Virus record (IMG/VR): IMGVR_UViG_3300044801_000056
Location: 1-53,826 of that record
Length of the DNA: 53,826 bases
From: a virus
Taxonomy: Duplodnaviria > Caudoviricetes
Direction: 5' to 3' (one strand)
Both the position numbers and the translations under genes were made by a program. Each line of letters starts with the position of its first letter. Position 1 is the first letter of the stretch. Below are positions 25,494 to 34,676 of this stretch, in pieces. A model generated the notes under the pieces. The model ran no database searches, was not told the origin of the DNA, and saw only the letters and a program-made list of their open reading frames with translations.

Positions 25494-27221
25494 ATGAAGA
25501 TTCGCTCGATTGCGTTCGTCTTTGGCGCGCTGCTTGGTTTTCTAGGGACCGGCAGCGTGGCCCAAGCGCAAGCCCCCGTACGGATTTGCACGCCTATCTA
25601 CAATGCGGTGACGGGATTTTTATCCTGCCCTGATGTTGGAGAGACAAGCGCGGCGGGGAACTATAATCAGCTTCCCGTTACCGAATGGGCAAATGGTGCG
25701 GTAGTTTCGACAGCAAATCCATTGCCAATTGCAGGAACATTTAGCGCATCGATTACCGGATTTATGCCATCGGCATCTTCCGCGCGCATGGCGCCATTGG
25801 CAGTGACTACGGCGGATTCTTCTGGATCACTTCCTACTGGCACAACTGTTGTGGTGTCGAACGTCGGGGCAAACCCGATGTATTGCAATGTCAACGCAAT
25901 TGCCGCGACGACATCGGATGAATTGATTTCGGCGGGAAGTTGGTTTTCTTTCACGATCCCCGCGACCGTTACGACATTGCATTGTATCGCGACAGGCGGG
26001 TCTACGACGGCTAATGGCGTTGGCGGCGCGGGTTTGCCAGCGGGTGCTATTAGCGGCGGTGGAGGTGGAGGCGGCTCCGTCACGCAGGGCACGAGCCCTT
26101 GGGTTGACGATATCACCCAATGGGCGAACGTCGCACTTGGGGCGCCATCAGCCTATGGCACGTCGCCTGGTGCTGTGAATGTGCTGGGAGTCAATGCCTA
26201 TATCACGAATACCGTGCCGGTCACCGGGGCGTTTTATCAAGCGACGCAGCCAGTTAGTGCGGCCTCCTTACCACTTCCATCAGGAGCGGCCACGGCTGCG
26301 AATCAAACCGCGATCCAAAGTGCGCCCGGCACTCCCGCCACGACCGCGAACACAGTCCAATCCGCCGACATTCGCGCGACAGGCTTGACAATCAATTCGG
26401 CCACAGCCAACGCGGCGGTGTCCGTCGCGCTCAACGGCGGCGAAGGCTCGGTTGGTTGGACCATCTCGGGTTTGACTGCTGCGGGGGCGACCCTGACGGC
26501 TGAGGGCTCGAATGACGGCGGGACCACATGGTCCGCGATCAACACTATCTTGCCAGTAACGGGGGGGCTTTCCCCCACGTTGACTGCTGATGGGCAGGTG
26601 CGGGTCAATTCGGGTGGTCACACGAACGTCCGTATGCGTGTTTCAACTACGGGCACTGGGACCATAACGATTGCCTATAACGCGGCGTCGGTGAGTTCGA
26701 TGGAAGTGCTGTCCTCCTCATTGCCAACGGGCGCTAACGGCATTGGCCAGGTCGGCGGATGGAACTTTAACACGTCGATCACGCCGACTGTCCAGAACGC
26801 GGCTTACTCCGCGGGCAACGGCATGGGCGGCGTTCAGACGTTTAGTGTCTTCCGCAACACGACAAACCCACATGCGGTGCTCGATCAGCTTCAGATCACA
26901 TCGAAGGGCGGCTCGACCGTCGCGATGACGGTCTATGCCTGGACGAAAAGCCCTTCAACGACATGCGCGGACAAATCCGCCATGAGTTACAACACGGCTG
27001 ACAATCCTTATCTCGTTCCCGGTTTCCCCGTCGTAATGACGCCAGCAGTCATCGGTTCGGGCACGACAGAAAGCTTCGCACAGCAAGCCGGGCCTTACAG
27101 CGCCAACAACCAAGATTCGACCTTGACCACGAACCTCTATGTTTGCATCGTGGCGAATGCGACGGTCACGCCAGCCTCGACCTCCGATCTCATACTGAGT
27201 TTGGCGGGGATTAATGATTAA
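25494..27221 (+). CDS. Signal-peptide-bearing fibre/decoration-like protein
   Basis: MKIRSIAF...VAQAQ; Thr/Ala/Gly-rich; poly-Gly hinge; GGAG RBS. Confidence 0.7.
   Translation: MKIRSIAFVFGALLGFLGTGSVAQAQAPVRICTPIYNAVTGFLSCPDVGETSAAGNYNQLPVTEWANGAVVSTANPLPIAGTFSASITGFMPSASSARMAPLAVTTADSSGSLPTGTTVVVSNVGANPMYCNVNAIAATTSDELISAGSWFSFTIPATVTTLHCIATGGSTTANGVGGAGLPAGAISGGGGGGGSVTQGTSPWVDDITQWANVALGAPSAYGTSPGAVNVLGVNAYITNTVPVTGAFYQATQPVSAASLPLPSGAATAANQTAIQSAPGTPATTANTVQSADIRATGLTINSATANAAVSVALNGGEGSVGWTISGLTAAGATLTAEGSNDGGTTWSAINTILPVTGGLSPTLTADGQVRVNSGGHTNVRMRVSTTGTGTITIAYNAASVSSMEVLSSSLPTGANGIGQVGGWNFNTSITPTVQNAAYSAGNGMGGVQTFSVFRNTTNPHAVLDQLQITSKGGSTVAMTVYAWTKSPSTTCADKSAMSYNTADNPYLVPGFPVVMTPAVIGSGTTESFAQQAGPYSANNQDSTLTTNLYVCIVANATVTPASTSDLILSLAGIND
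26409..26444 (+). repeat. 36-nt exact repeat, copy 2 (copy 1 at 10251-10286)
   Basis: Identical sequence; encodes NAAVSVALNGGE here. Confidence 0.95.
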
Positions 27222-28437
27222 GCACCTTGCACTTCTTCTCGCGCTTCTCATTGCCGGTCCGTCTTTTGCTGGATCGCCCGCGCAGAATCTCGTGCTATTT
27301 GGCAAAGGTACGCCGCTCTATTCCAATCTCACCAATGGGCAATTGCCGGGATGGTTGAGTGCGAGCGGGGGAGCGAACGGGACGGTCACAAATTCGTCTG
27401 GCGTCATTGTCTCCGCTTCCGCTCCCCGCTTCGACTATACCGGCGGCACGGCGAATGGGCTGCTAATCGAGGAAGGCCGGACGAACGTTGCTCTCTACAG
27501 CCGGGATTTGACAAACGCTGCTTGGACACTCGGCGCGACGATGACCAGCGCGAAAAACCAAACCGGTGTGGACGGCGTGGTGAATAGTGCGAGTAGCATC
27601 ACAGGTGGCGCGGTCTCTGCGACGAACACAATCTTGCAATCGATCACGTTAGCCTCATCTGCGCGCGCACAAAGCGCCTACGTCAAAGGCATCACTGTCA
27701 CTGGCAATATCCAGATGACGATGGACGGTGGGACGACTTGGACGACGCTCACGTCGAGCAATTGCGTGTCTGTTGCGAACGGGGTTGGAACCGCGCCCGC
27801 ATCGTCCCAATCCGTCTGGCTGCATTGTCAAATCCCGATACAGACAATTGCAAATCCAAGTGTCGGTTTCAAAATCGCGAATAGCAGTGATAGCGTTGCG
27901 GTCGATATTGTCGATAATGAGAACGGGGCGTTTATCACATCGCCAATTATCACAACCTCCGCCGCCGTCACCCGGAGCGCGGATGTGATCACGTTTGTTG
28001 GGACTGGGTTAAAGATGCTGCAAGTGAATGCGACGAGTGCTGTTGTTGAGACGGGAGCAATTAATAATCTTGCTACTTCTTTTCCAATTATCGTTTCAAC
28101 AAGTACCAAAAGCATATTATATACAGGATCCATTTTCACAAATTTAGGTAATAACGTTGGTAGTAATAATTTACAAGTATCTGGTTCATCCATAGCAATT
28201 AGTCCTAGCCGGTCTGGAATAGAGTATAGTTACAATTTAAAAAGTATTGTGTTAAATGGGGGAACAACGGGATCTATATCTGGAACAGGATATATCCCAA
28301 CTACGCCCATTTATGTCGGAAGCTCTGGGGCTGCACAATTTCTAGATGGCTATGTTCGTAAAATCGCCATTTATCCCTATGTTTTTTCCCTCGCCGTTCT
28401 TAAATCTAAAACCATTGCGGGGGCACCTCTCCCATGA
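27214..28437 (+). CDS. Head-spike/fibre-like protein with LamG/concanavalin-like C-terminus
   Basis: APRFDY...GLLIEEGRTN...TSPI.T....TRSAD...LDGYVRKIAIY; N-terminal signal peptide. Confidence 0.75.
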   Translation: MIKHLALLLALLIAGPSFAGSPAQNLVLFGKGTPLYSNLTNGQLPGWLSASGGANGTVTNSSGVIVSASAPRFDYTGGTANGLLIEEGRTNVALYSRDLTNAAWTLGATMTSAKNQTGVDGVVNSASSITGGAVSATNTILQSITLASSARAQSAYVKGITVTGNIQMTMDGGTTWTTLTSSNCVSVANGVGTAPASSQSVWLHCQIPIQTIANPSVGFKIANSSDSVAVDIVDNENGAFITSPIITTSAAVTRSADVITFVGTGLKMLQVNATSAVVETGAINNLATSFPIIVSTSTKSILYTGSIFTNLGNNVGSNNLQVSGSSIAISPSRSGIEYSYNLKSIVLNGGTTGSISGTGYIPTTPIYVGSSGAAQFLDGYVRKIAIYPYVFSLAVLKSKTIAGAPLP

Positions 28438-28775
28438 CCCCCATCATATATCTCCACGGCGATTACGGTGGCTATGTGTTCCAATATGTCGAGCACGTTC
28501 TCGCCGCGCGTCAATCTGGCGCGCAAATCGTGATCGACGGTCCGTGCGCGAGCGCATGCACGCTATATCTCGGCCTGCCGGAAAACCAAGTCTGCGCCGC
28601 GCCTCATGCCGCGCTAGGATTTCATGCCGGATCGGGCGCGGAGGCCACGGCGAAACTCTGGGCTGCGTATCCGCCTCGCATCCGCGAATGGATCATGGCA
28701 CATGGCGGACTGACCGATGTCGTGCGCTGGCTAACGGGGCCGGAACTGTTTAAACGAATGAGGGTTTGCCCATGA
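28434..28775 (+). CDS. ClpP/crotonase-like small protein
   Basis: DYGG...VIDGPCASACT...VC...LGFH. Confidence 0.6.
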   Translation: MTPIIYLHGDYGGYVFQYVEHVLAARQSGAQIVIDGPCASACTLYLGLPENQVCAAPHAALGFHAGSGAEATAKLWAAYPPRIREWIMAHGGLTDVVRWLTGPELFKRMRVCP

Positions 28776-29362
28776 CCTATGCCCTGATCACCAATTTATC
28801 CCAAGCCATCATATGGGTCGTCCCTACCATGCCAAATCCGTTTGTGATTCCGGACGGAACGCAGGTCTTCGGTGCGAGCGCTGGCTGGACGAATGGAACC
28901 TATACTCTCGTTTCGGTCCCGCCATTCGTCACCCCAAATGGGCAGGTCAACACCGGATCACCCATTTATTCCGTCTCCGATGGCGTCGTGACGGAGTCCT
29001 ATGCCACACAGGCTGCGCCGGTTATTCCGTCCTCGACCTATGTCAACGCGCTGGCGTCTGGCCTCGCGATTACCTCAACCAGCACGCCCGCTATCAACGG
29101 GACGTATGATATCAGCGCGGGTGCCACGGCGAACCTCAACGCGGTCGAAACCTATATTCTGGCCAACGGAACGTTCCCACTCGGATCGACACAGCCCTGG
29201 TTTCTGCTCAATGGCACAGAAGTCGTGGTACCCTCTGTCGCAGTGTTCAAGGAAATTGCCGCCGCCGTCGCACAGTATGTCGCGGGGCTCGACGTTGAGA
29301 ACGCCATTGCTATTGCAGGCGGTACGCCAACTTGGCCAAGCGCAGCGGTGACCATCGCATGA
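28766..29362 (+). CDS. Tail-fibre assembly/DUF4376-like protein
   Basis: ALASGLAITSTSTPAINGTY...FKEIAAAVAQYV. Confidence 0.55.
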   Translation: MPMTYALITNLSQAIIWVVPTMPNPFVIPDGTQVFGASAGWTNGTYTLVSVPPFVTPNGQVNTGSPIYSVSDGVVTESYATQAAPVIPSSTYVNALASGLAITSTSTPAINGTYDISAGATANLNAVETYILANGTFPLGSTQPWFLLNGTEVVVPSVAVFKEIAAAVAQYVAGLDVENAIAIAGGTPTWPSAAVTIA

Positions 29363-29539
29363 TGCGCCTTGGCATTCTCTTCTCTCTCATGGTTTGGGCT
29401 TGGGTTGCCGTGGCGGTGAAAACATGGGTGTGGGCATGTCTCTGAAGCTCAATCTTGGCATCGTCACGGCCGTCGCTAATGGTGGCGACATGACAATTGC
29501 GTTCAAATGATTTAACATAACGGGCGATATGATGGTAGT

Positions 29540-32167
29540 TTGGAAGTGAATGTAAATGATCTTTCGAAATATGAGGCTTATATCAATGGTCTCTCCCTGA
29601 AAGAAAAGGCAGAACTCGATAAGCTGATCGCTAAGGAACTTGCAGCCAAATGGCTTCCGGATCCGCGCAATCAGCCACAAGTGACGGCTTATCATTCGCA
29701 AGCCGACATGATGCTATACGGCGGGGCAGCGGGTAGTGGGAAGACTTCTCTTCTAGTCGGACTCGCGGTCACGGCTCATCATCGGACGGTCATCTTCCGG
29801 TCCAAGGCTGTCGATCTCAGAGGCGTCGAGGAATATCTCCTAGAGCTTATGGGACGCGACGGTTGGAATGGACAAGATAAAATCCTTCGCCGTCCCGAAT
29901 GTGTGATTGAACTCGGTCATCTTGAAAAGCCAGGGTCTGAACGGTCTTGGCAAGGTAGACCTCATGATTTGATCTGTGTGGGGCGCGGGACGCCGGTATT
30001 AATGGCTGATGGTTCTTACAAACCAGTAGAACAATTAGCCGTCGGAGAGATGGTCCAAACTTTGGAAGGTTCTCGCGCAATTCAGAAAACGTTTCCAGCT
30101 CAGTTTAAAAAAGCCGTCATTATCTCTACGGCTACACAATCTCAGGTTCAGTCCGTTGAACATGAGCTTTTGACAGACGCGGGTTGGGTATCCCACGGTA
30201 ACATTTTTTCACTTCGCCCTTTTTGGTTTTTCGAACCCATTGAACTCCCATTTTTGCGCAAAGTCGTAAAATGGTGCGTTCGGCCATATGAGCGGCTGCT
30301 TTACAGTCTCTCAGGCTTAAGTTTTCATCTGCGGCATATAACCGAACGATTGCTAATTCCTTTTCAGTGGGGGCATGCATCCGAACCGGAGATTTGCGCT
30401 TACGCGGGGCAAGAATATCTGGGAAATGATTTCGAAGACTTTGATGGTTCAGACCAAGAAATTCCGCAGCCTGCTTTATCGATCGTCCAACAAGAGCTTC
30501 TTCAAGCTGTTCAGCAGTTGGCCGACGTGGGGCATAATATTCTTCGTTTCGTTTTGCCATGTGATGGCGGCGGTGTTCTGAAAAAGTTAAAACTTCAAGG
30601 TTGGACAGATCGTTATTTGTCCGGCATTCATCGATATGGTGCACGCATTCTCGCTTTTTTGGGTCTTCACCTTGAACAAGCGGGCGTCCAGCTATATCTT
30701 CACCAATCATGCGATGTTGAGCAACCCAGCCCCATCGATTCTGAAGATGATGTCCAGGACAAAACTCGTAAACATAACCTCCATATAATGTCGTATGTCC
30801 ACCCTTATACGAAGGAAATTCGTCAAATATCGGAACGATCGATTCTTTATCCATCTTCATGTTCAGTCCATCAAATTGGAGTGGCAGAGTTATATGATTT
30901 GCAGGTTGAAGGAGCAAATCACTATATAACGAAGGGCGGATTTATCAATAAGAATTGCTTCGACGAGGGCGCCCAACTTAGTCGTGCAAAGGTGCAATTT
31001 GTTTTGGGTTGGTTGCGCTCAGTTGATCCAAATCAACGGCGTCGAGTGGTGATTGCATCGAACCCGCCAACAGGCGGTGAAGGTGAATGGCTGATTGAGT
31101 GGTTCGCGCCTTGGCTCGATCCGCAGTTTCCTAATCCCGCGAAATCAGGGGAATTGCGCTGGGCTGCAACGGCCCCTGATCTTGAAGGAACAACGATCTG
31201 GTTAAAGGATGCAAGCCCGATAATTTTCACTGAAGGGCGCGAATACCGGATTGCGAACGAAGAAGATGCCAAAGGAGGCAATCTTCACGTAATTCAGCCT
31301 ATGACCAGGACATTCATTCCGGGCCGGTTGGAAGACAATCCCTATCTCAGGGATACAGGTTATCGGGCCCAGCTTCAGGCTCTCCCGGAGCCGCTCCGAT
31401 CGCAAATGCTTCACGGCAACTTTCTTGCCGGGCGCCAGGATCATGAATGGCAAGTGATCCCGAGTGCATGGGTTAAGGAAGCTCAAGCGCGTTGGACAGA
31501 GCGGCCGCCGCAAGACGCGATTATGTCAGCTATCGGCGTCGATGTCGCGCAGGGCGGGGCTGATAATTCAGTTCTAGCGCCCCGCCATGGCCCTTGGTAT
31601 GCGCCATTGATTGTTGAGCCTGGCGTTAAAACGCCGCGCCCCAGCGACGTTGCGGCGCTCGTGGTGAGATATCGCCGGAACGCAGCTGCGGTTGTCGTGG
31701 ACGTTGGCGGTGGTTATGGTGGCGGTGTCAAGGAACGCCTTGAAGAGAATGAAATCACGGTCCGGCCTTTCAATGGGGCGGGCGAATCTCACGCTAGGAC
31801 TGCTGATAAGCAGCTTCCCTTTGCAAACAAGCGCGCGGAAGCGCATTGGCGGTTTCGGGAGGCATTGGACCCGGATCAAGAAAACGGGTCTAGCATCGCG
31901 CTTCCAAATGATCCTCAATTGTTTTCTGACTTGACTTCAATCCGCTGGAAGTTGACAAGCCAGGGGATTCAAATCGAGAGCAAGGAAGATTTGAAAAAGG
32001 CCGAGCGCTTAGGCCGGTCACCCGATAAGGGTGATGCGGTTATCATGGCATGGTCTGAAGGTGAAAAAGCGATTGTCGCCAATATCCGGCGGAAATCGAA
32101 AAGCAATTCTCTGCCGACAATGCCAACGATCGGCGTCGGATCTGGAACCGGATGGATGGGTCATTAG
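29540..32167 (+). CDS. terL: Terminase large subunit containing an intein
   Basis: Walker A YGGAAGSGKT; Walker B DLI|CFDE split by the intein; ASNP; nuclease GVDVA...SPDKGDA. Confidence 0.95.
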   Translation: MEVNVNDLSKYEAYINGLSLKEKAELDKLIAKELAAKWLPDPRNQPQVTAYHSQADMMLYGGAAGSGKTSLLVGLAVTAHHRTVIFRSKAVDLRGVEEYLLELMGRDGWNGQDKILRRPECVIELGHLEKPGSERSWQGRPHDLICVGRGTPVLMADGSYKPVEQLAVGEMVQTLEGSRAIQKTFPAQFKKAVIISTATQSQVQSVEHELLTDAGWVSHGNIFSLRPFWFFEPIELPFLRKVVKWCVRPYERLLYSLSGLSFHLRHITERLLIPFQWGHASEPEICAYAGQEYLGNDFEDFDGSDQEIPQPALSIVQQELLQAVQQLADVGHNILRFVLPCDGGGVLKKLKLQGWTDRYLSGIHRYGARILAFLGLHLEQAGVQLYLHQSCDVEQPSPIDSEDDVQDKTRKHNLHIMSYVHPYTKEIRQISERSILYPSSCSVHQIGVAELYDLQVEGANHYITKGGFINKNCFDEGAQLSRAKVQFVLGWLRSVDPNQRRRVVIASNPPTGGEGEWLIEWFAPWLDPQFPNPAKSGELRWAATAPDLEGTTIWLKDASPIIFTEGREYRIANEEDAKGGNLHVIQPMTRTFIPGRLEDNPYLRDTGYRAQLQALPEPLRSQMLHGNFLAGRQDHEWQVIPSAWVKEAQARWTERPPQDAIMSAIGVDVAQGGADNSVLAPRHGPWYAPLIVEPGVKTPRPSDVAALVVRYRRNAAAVVVDVGGGYGGGVKERLEENEITVRPFNGAGESHARTADKQLPFANKRAEAHWRFREALDPDQENGSSIALPNDPQLFSDLTSIRWKLTSQGIQIESKEDLKKAERLGRSPDKGDAVIMAWSEGEKAIVANIRRKSKSNSLPTMPTIGVGSGTGWMGH
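30132..30860 (-). CDS. HNH homing endonuclease encoded antisense within the intein
   Basis: GYVYEFCPGH...WVAQHR...GRPL...VHHIDECRTNNDLSNLEVL...EHRRHH plus C-terminal HTH-like segments; ATG at 30860 or 30854. Confidence 0.85.
   Translation of the reverse strand: MKMDKESIVPIFDEFPSYKGGHTTLYGGYVYEFCPGHHLQNRWGWVAQHRMIGEDIAGRPLVQGEDPKKRECVHHIDECRTNNDLSNLEVLTFSEHRRHHMAKRNEEYYAPRRPTAEQLEEALVGRSIKQAAEFLGLNHQSLRNHFPDILAPRKRKSPVRMHAPTEKELAIVRLYAADENLSLRDCKAAAHMAERTILRLCAKMGVQWVRKTKKGEVKKCYRGIPNPRLSKAHVQRTEPEIV
30889..30917 (-). promoter_or_regulatory. Putative sigma70 promoter for the antisense HNH gene
   Basis: Minus strand TTGCTC-N17-TATAAC, about 30 nt upstream of ATG 30860. Confidence 0.55.
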
Positions 32168-32173
32168 TCGCTG

Positions 32174-34351
32174 ATGGAAAGCTCTCCTACAGATGATCTC
32201 TCCGGCCTCAAGGGCGATGAAAGAATTCTTCAGCAGGCCCGTATCCGCTTTCGGCATTGCGTCGAATGGCGAAGTAAGGCAGATCAATGGTGGCTTGAAG
32301 ATGTCCGGTTTGCTAATGCGGACGCCCGCAACCATGATCAATGGCCAGACGATACCTGGCAAGAGCGAGACGACGATAATAGGCCTTGCCTGACAATCAA
32401 TAAGGCCCGTGTCCACAATAACATCATCATCAATGAATCGCTTCAGAATAAATCCTCGATCAAAGTAAGGCCAACGGGCGGCATCGCGACTTACGAGAGC
32501 GCGCAGGCCATTCAATCGATGATCCGGCGGATTGAGTATATCTCGAAATCGGACAGCGTTTACGAAAAGGCCATCCGGGACCAAGTAGACGGCGGATTAG
32601 GATTCGTTTTTCTAGAAACGAAGTATGTCAACAATCGCACGATGGATCAGGACATCTATCTGAAGAAATGCAAGAACCCGCTTTGCGTCTATATCGACCC
32701 CGATGCAAGCGATAGTGATGGTCTTGACGCGGCATTCGGGTTTGTTTTCGAGAGCATGTCGAAAGAAAAGTTCGATGTTCGCTATCCAAAGTTCAAAAAC
32801 CGGGTTGGTAAATCGACGCTTGGGAACGATGAATCATGGCTTATGGACGATATGGTCCAGGTTGCCATGTACTACACCAAGGAACAGAAAAAGGACACGT
32901 TTGTAACCTTCGTCGATCCTGACACTGAGGAACGCATCGATAGTCTAATGAGTGAGCTAAAGGCCGATTCTGGCAAGTTCATTTATGATCAGCTCATGGC
33001 AGATATCAAGAACGGCGTGATCGATGGTCAAACTCGCGAAGTTGTGACAGATAATGTAAAATGGTATCATATTGCTGGCGATTACATCATGGACCGGGGA
33101 GATTGGCCGGGCGCCTTTATCCCAATCATCCGGTGTGTGGGGATCGAGACGATTATCGAAGGCCAGTACGATTGCAAGGGTCATACGAGGGCATTGATCG
33201 ACGCGCAGCGAATGCTGAATTATAATGCTTCTGGCGCCGTCGAATATGGTGCCCTTCAAAGCAAATCGCCTTATATTGGACCCGCCCGCGCTTTCGAAGG
33301 GCAAGAACAATGGAAAGACGCGAATCGTAAGAACTACGCCTTCTTGCAATATAATGACATCGATGAAGAGGCGAACGATCCACAAATTTCGATGATCCAA
33401 AAGCCGGAGCGCGCGCAACCGCCGACTTCGGCTCCAATCTATATGCAGGGCATGCAAGACGCCGAACGTCAGATGATGATGTGTTCAGGCCAATACCAGG
33501 CCCAGCTCGGGGAGGATGATAAGCAGTCGGCGTCTTCCGGCCGTGCGATCAATGAAAGACAACGGCAGAGCGATACGGCGACATATCATTTCGTCGAGCA
33601 TCAAGCTGATATGCTGCGAGGAATTGGCGTCCAGCTCTTGGATTTGATCCCGAAGATTTATGATACTGAGCGCATGTTGCATGTGCTTGGCGAGGATGGC
33701 ACCCGGAAATGGATACAGATCGCGCCAGATCAAAAAGAACCCTATATCGAGCTGAAAAAGGAACAAGAAGAGGCCGCAATTATTTCCATTAATCCTCGGG
33801 TTGGGGAATATGATTGCATGTCGGATTCGGGTCCGAACTATGCAACGCAGCGGCAAGAGGCGTGGAATGCGATCTCGATCATCTTGCAACAGAATATGCA
33901 GCTTGCGGGGACGATCGGCGATCTTCTCTTTAAGTTTGGTGATTTTCCCGGATCTGACGAAATCATGGAACGGTTGAAGAAAGAGATTCAGGCGACGAAG
34001 CCTTATCTCTTCGACGACAACCGCGAACCGCAGATGATGGCTCTGCAACAGCAAATGCAGCGATTGACCTCTCTCAATTCCGAGCTGATGCAGAAGTTGG
34101 CATTGAAGGAAATCGCGCTTAAAGGAAAAGACGAGAAGCGAGATATCGAGGCTAGCCGGGCCGATACTGACCGGCTTAAATTGACTTTGGACTTCTTGAC
34201 AAAAACGATGCTTTCGGAAAAAGATCGTGCTATGTTACAGCATGAACTGATGAAAGCATCCCATGATACGACGATGCAAATGATCGTGGATTCGAATAAA
34301 TCTGACCTATCAATGCAAAGTGGACCCCAGGATATTCCGCCGTCGGCATAA
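32174..34351 (+). CDS. Portal protein (P22 gp1-like)
   Basis: DQW...RPCLTINK, DAQRMLNY, SGRAI.ERQRQ, GEYD...GPNYATQRQEA; follows terL. Confidence 0.9.
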   Translation: MESSPTDDLSGLKGDERILQQARIRFRHCVEWRSKADQWWLEDVRFANADARNHDQWPDDTWQERDDDNRPCLTINKARVHNNIIINESLQNKSSIKVRPTGGIATYESAQAIQSMIRRIEYISKSDSVYEKAIRDQVDGGLGFVFLETKYVNNRTMDQDIYLKKCKNPLCVYIDPDASDSDGLDAAFGFVFESMSKEKFDVRYPKFKNRVGKSTLGNDESWLMDDMVQVAMYYTKEQKKDTFVTFVDPDTEERIDSLMSELKADSGKFIYDQLMADIKNGVIDGQTREVVTDNVKWYHIAGDYIMDRGDWPGAFIPIIRCVGIETIIEGQYDCKGHTRALIDAQRMLNYNASGAVEYGALQSKSPYIGPARAFEGQEQWKDANRKNYAFLQYNDIDEEANDPQISMIQKPERAQPPTSAPIYMQGMQDAERQMMMCSGQYQAQLGEDDKQSASSGRAINERQRQSDTATYHFVEHQADMLRGIGVQLLDLIPKIYDTERMLHVLGEDGTRKWIQIAPDQKEPYIELKKEQEEAAIISINPRVGEYDCMSDSGPNYATQRQEAWNAISIILQQNMQLAGTIGDLLFKFGDFPGSDEIMERLKKEIQATKPYLFDDNREPQMMALQQQMQRLTSLNSELMQKLALKEIALKGKDEKRDIEASRADTDRLKLTLDFLTKTMLSEKDRAMLQHELMKASHDTTMQMIVDSNKSDLSMQSGPQDIPPSA

Positions 34352-34354
34352 GGA

Positions 34355-34501
34355 ATGCTCATCATGAAAATCACGCAAAATTCACTCGCTTCGGATAAGT
34401 CTAAGAAAGCTTCGAAAGTCCCCAAGGATGGCAAGAGCGGCCCTTCAATGAAGGACATGACGAAGAGCGCCGCCAAGAGCATGCCCTGCAAAAAGAAATA
34501 G
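34355..34501 (+). CDS. Small Lys-rich basic protein
   Basis: MLIMKITQNSLASDKSKKASK...PCKKK. Confidence 0.5.
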   Translation: MLIMKITQNSLASDKSKKASKVPKDGKSGPSMKDMTKSAAKSMPCKKK

Positions 34502-34514
34502 GGGTTATTGCGTC

Positions 34515-34676
34515 ATGGTAAAATCAGCCAAGGCAGAGCGCAAAATCGGCAAGGTCATGAAGGAATTCTCGAAAGGGGAACTTCATTCCGGATCGAAAAA
34601 AGGTCCGGTCGTCAAGTCCGCAGCGCAGGCTAAGGCGATCGGTGAATCCGAAGCGCGCCGGGGCAAGAAAAAGTGA
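34515..34676 (+). CDS. DUF6496-like small basic protein
   Basis: KIGKVMKEFSKGELHSGSKKGPVVKSAAQAKAIGESEAR. Confidence 0.75.
   Translation: MVKSAKAERKIGKVMKEFSKGELHSGSKKGPVVKSAAQAKAIGESEARRGKKK

Larger units (their letters stand above)
29975..30955 (+). mobile_element. Intein (327 aa) inserted in the TerL Walker B motif
   Basis: Block A CVGRGTPVLMADG, block B SVEH, block F LYDLQVEGANHY, block G ..KN followed by +1 Cys. Confidence 0.92.

Noticed and set aside
10251-26444. Diversity-generating retroelement TR/VR pair
   Set aside because: The repeat is only 36 nt, has no adenine-specific mismatches, and no reverse transcriptase is in the window.
30132-30917. Group I intron carrying the HNH in terL
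   Set aside because: The terL frame is uninterrupted and has clear intein blocks at both ends, so RNA splicing is not needed.
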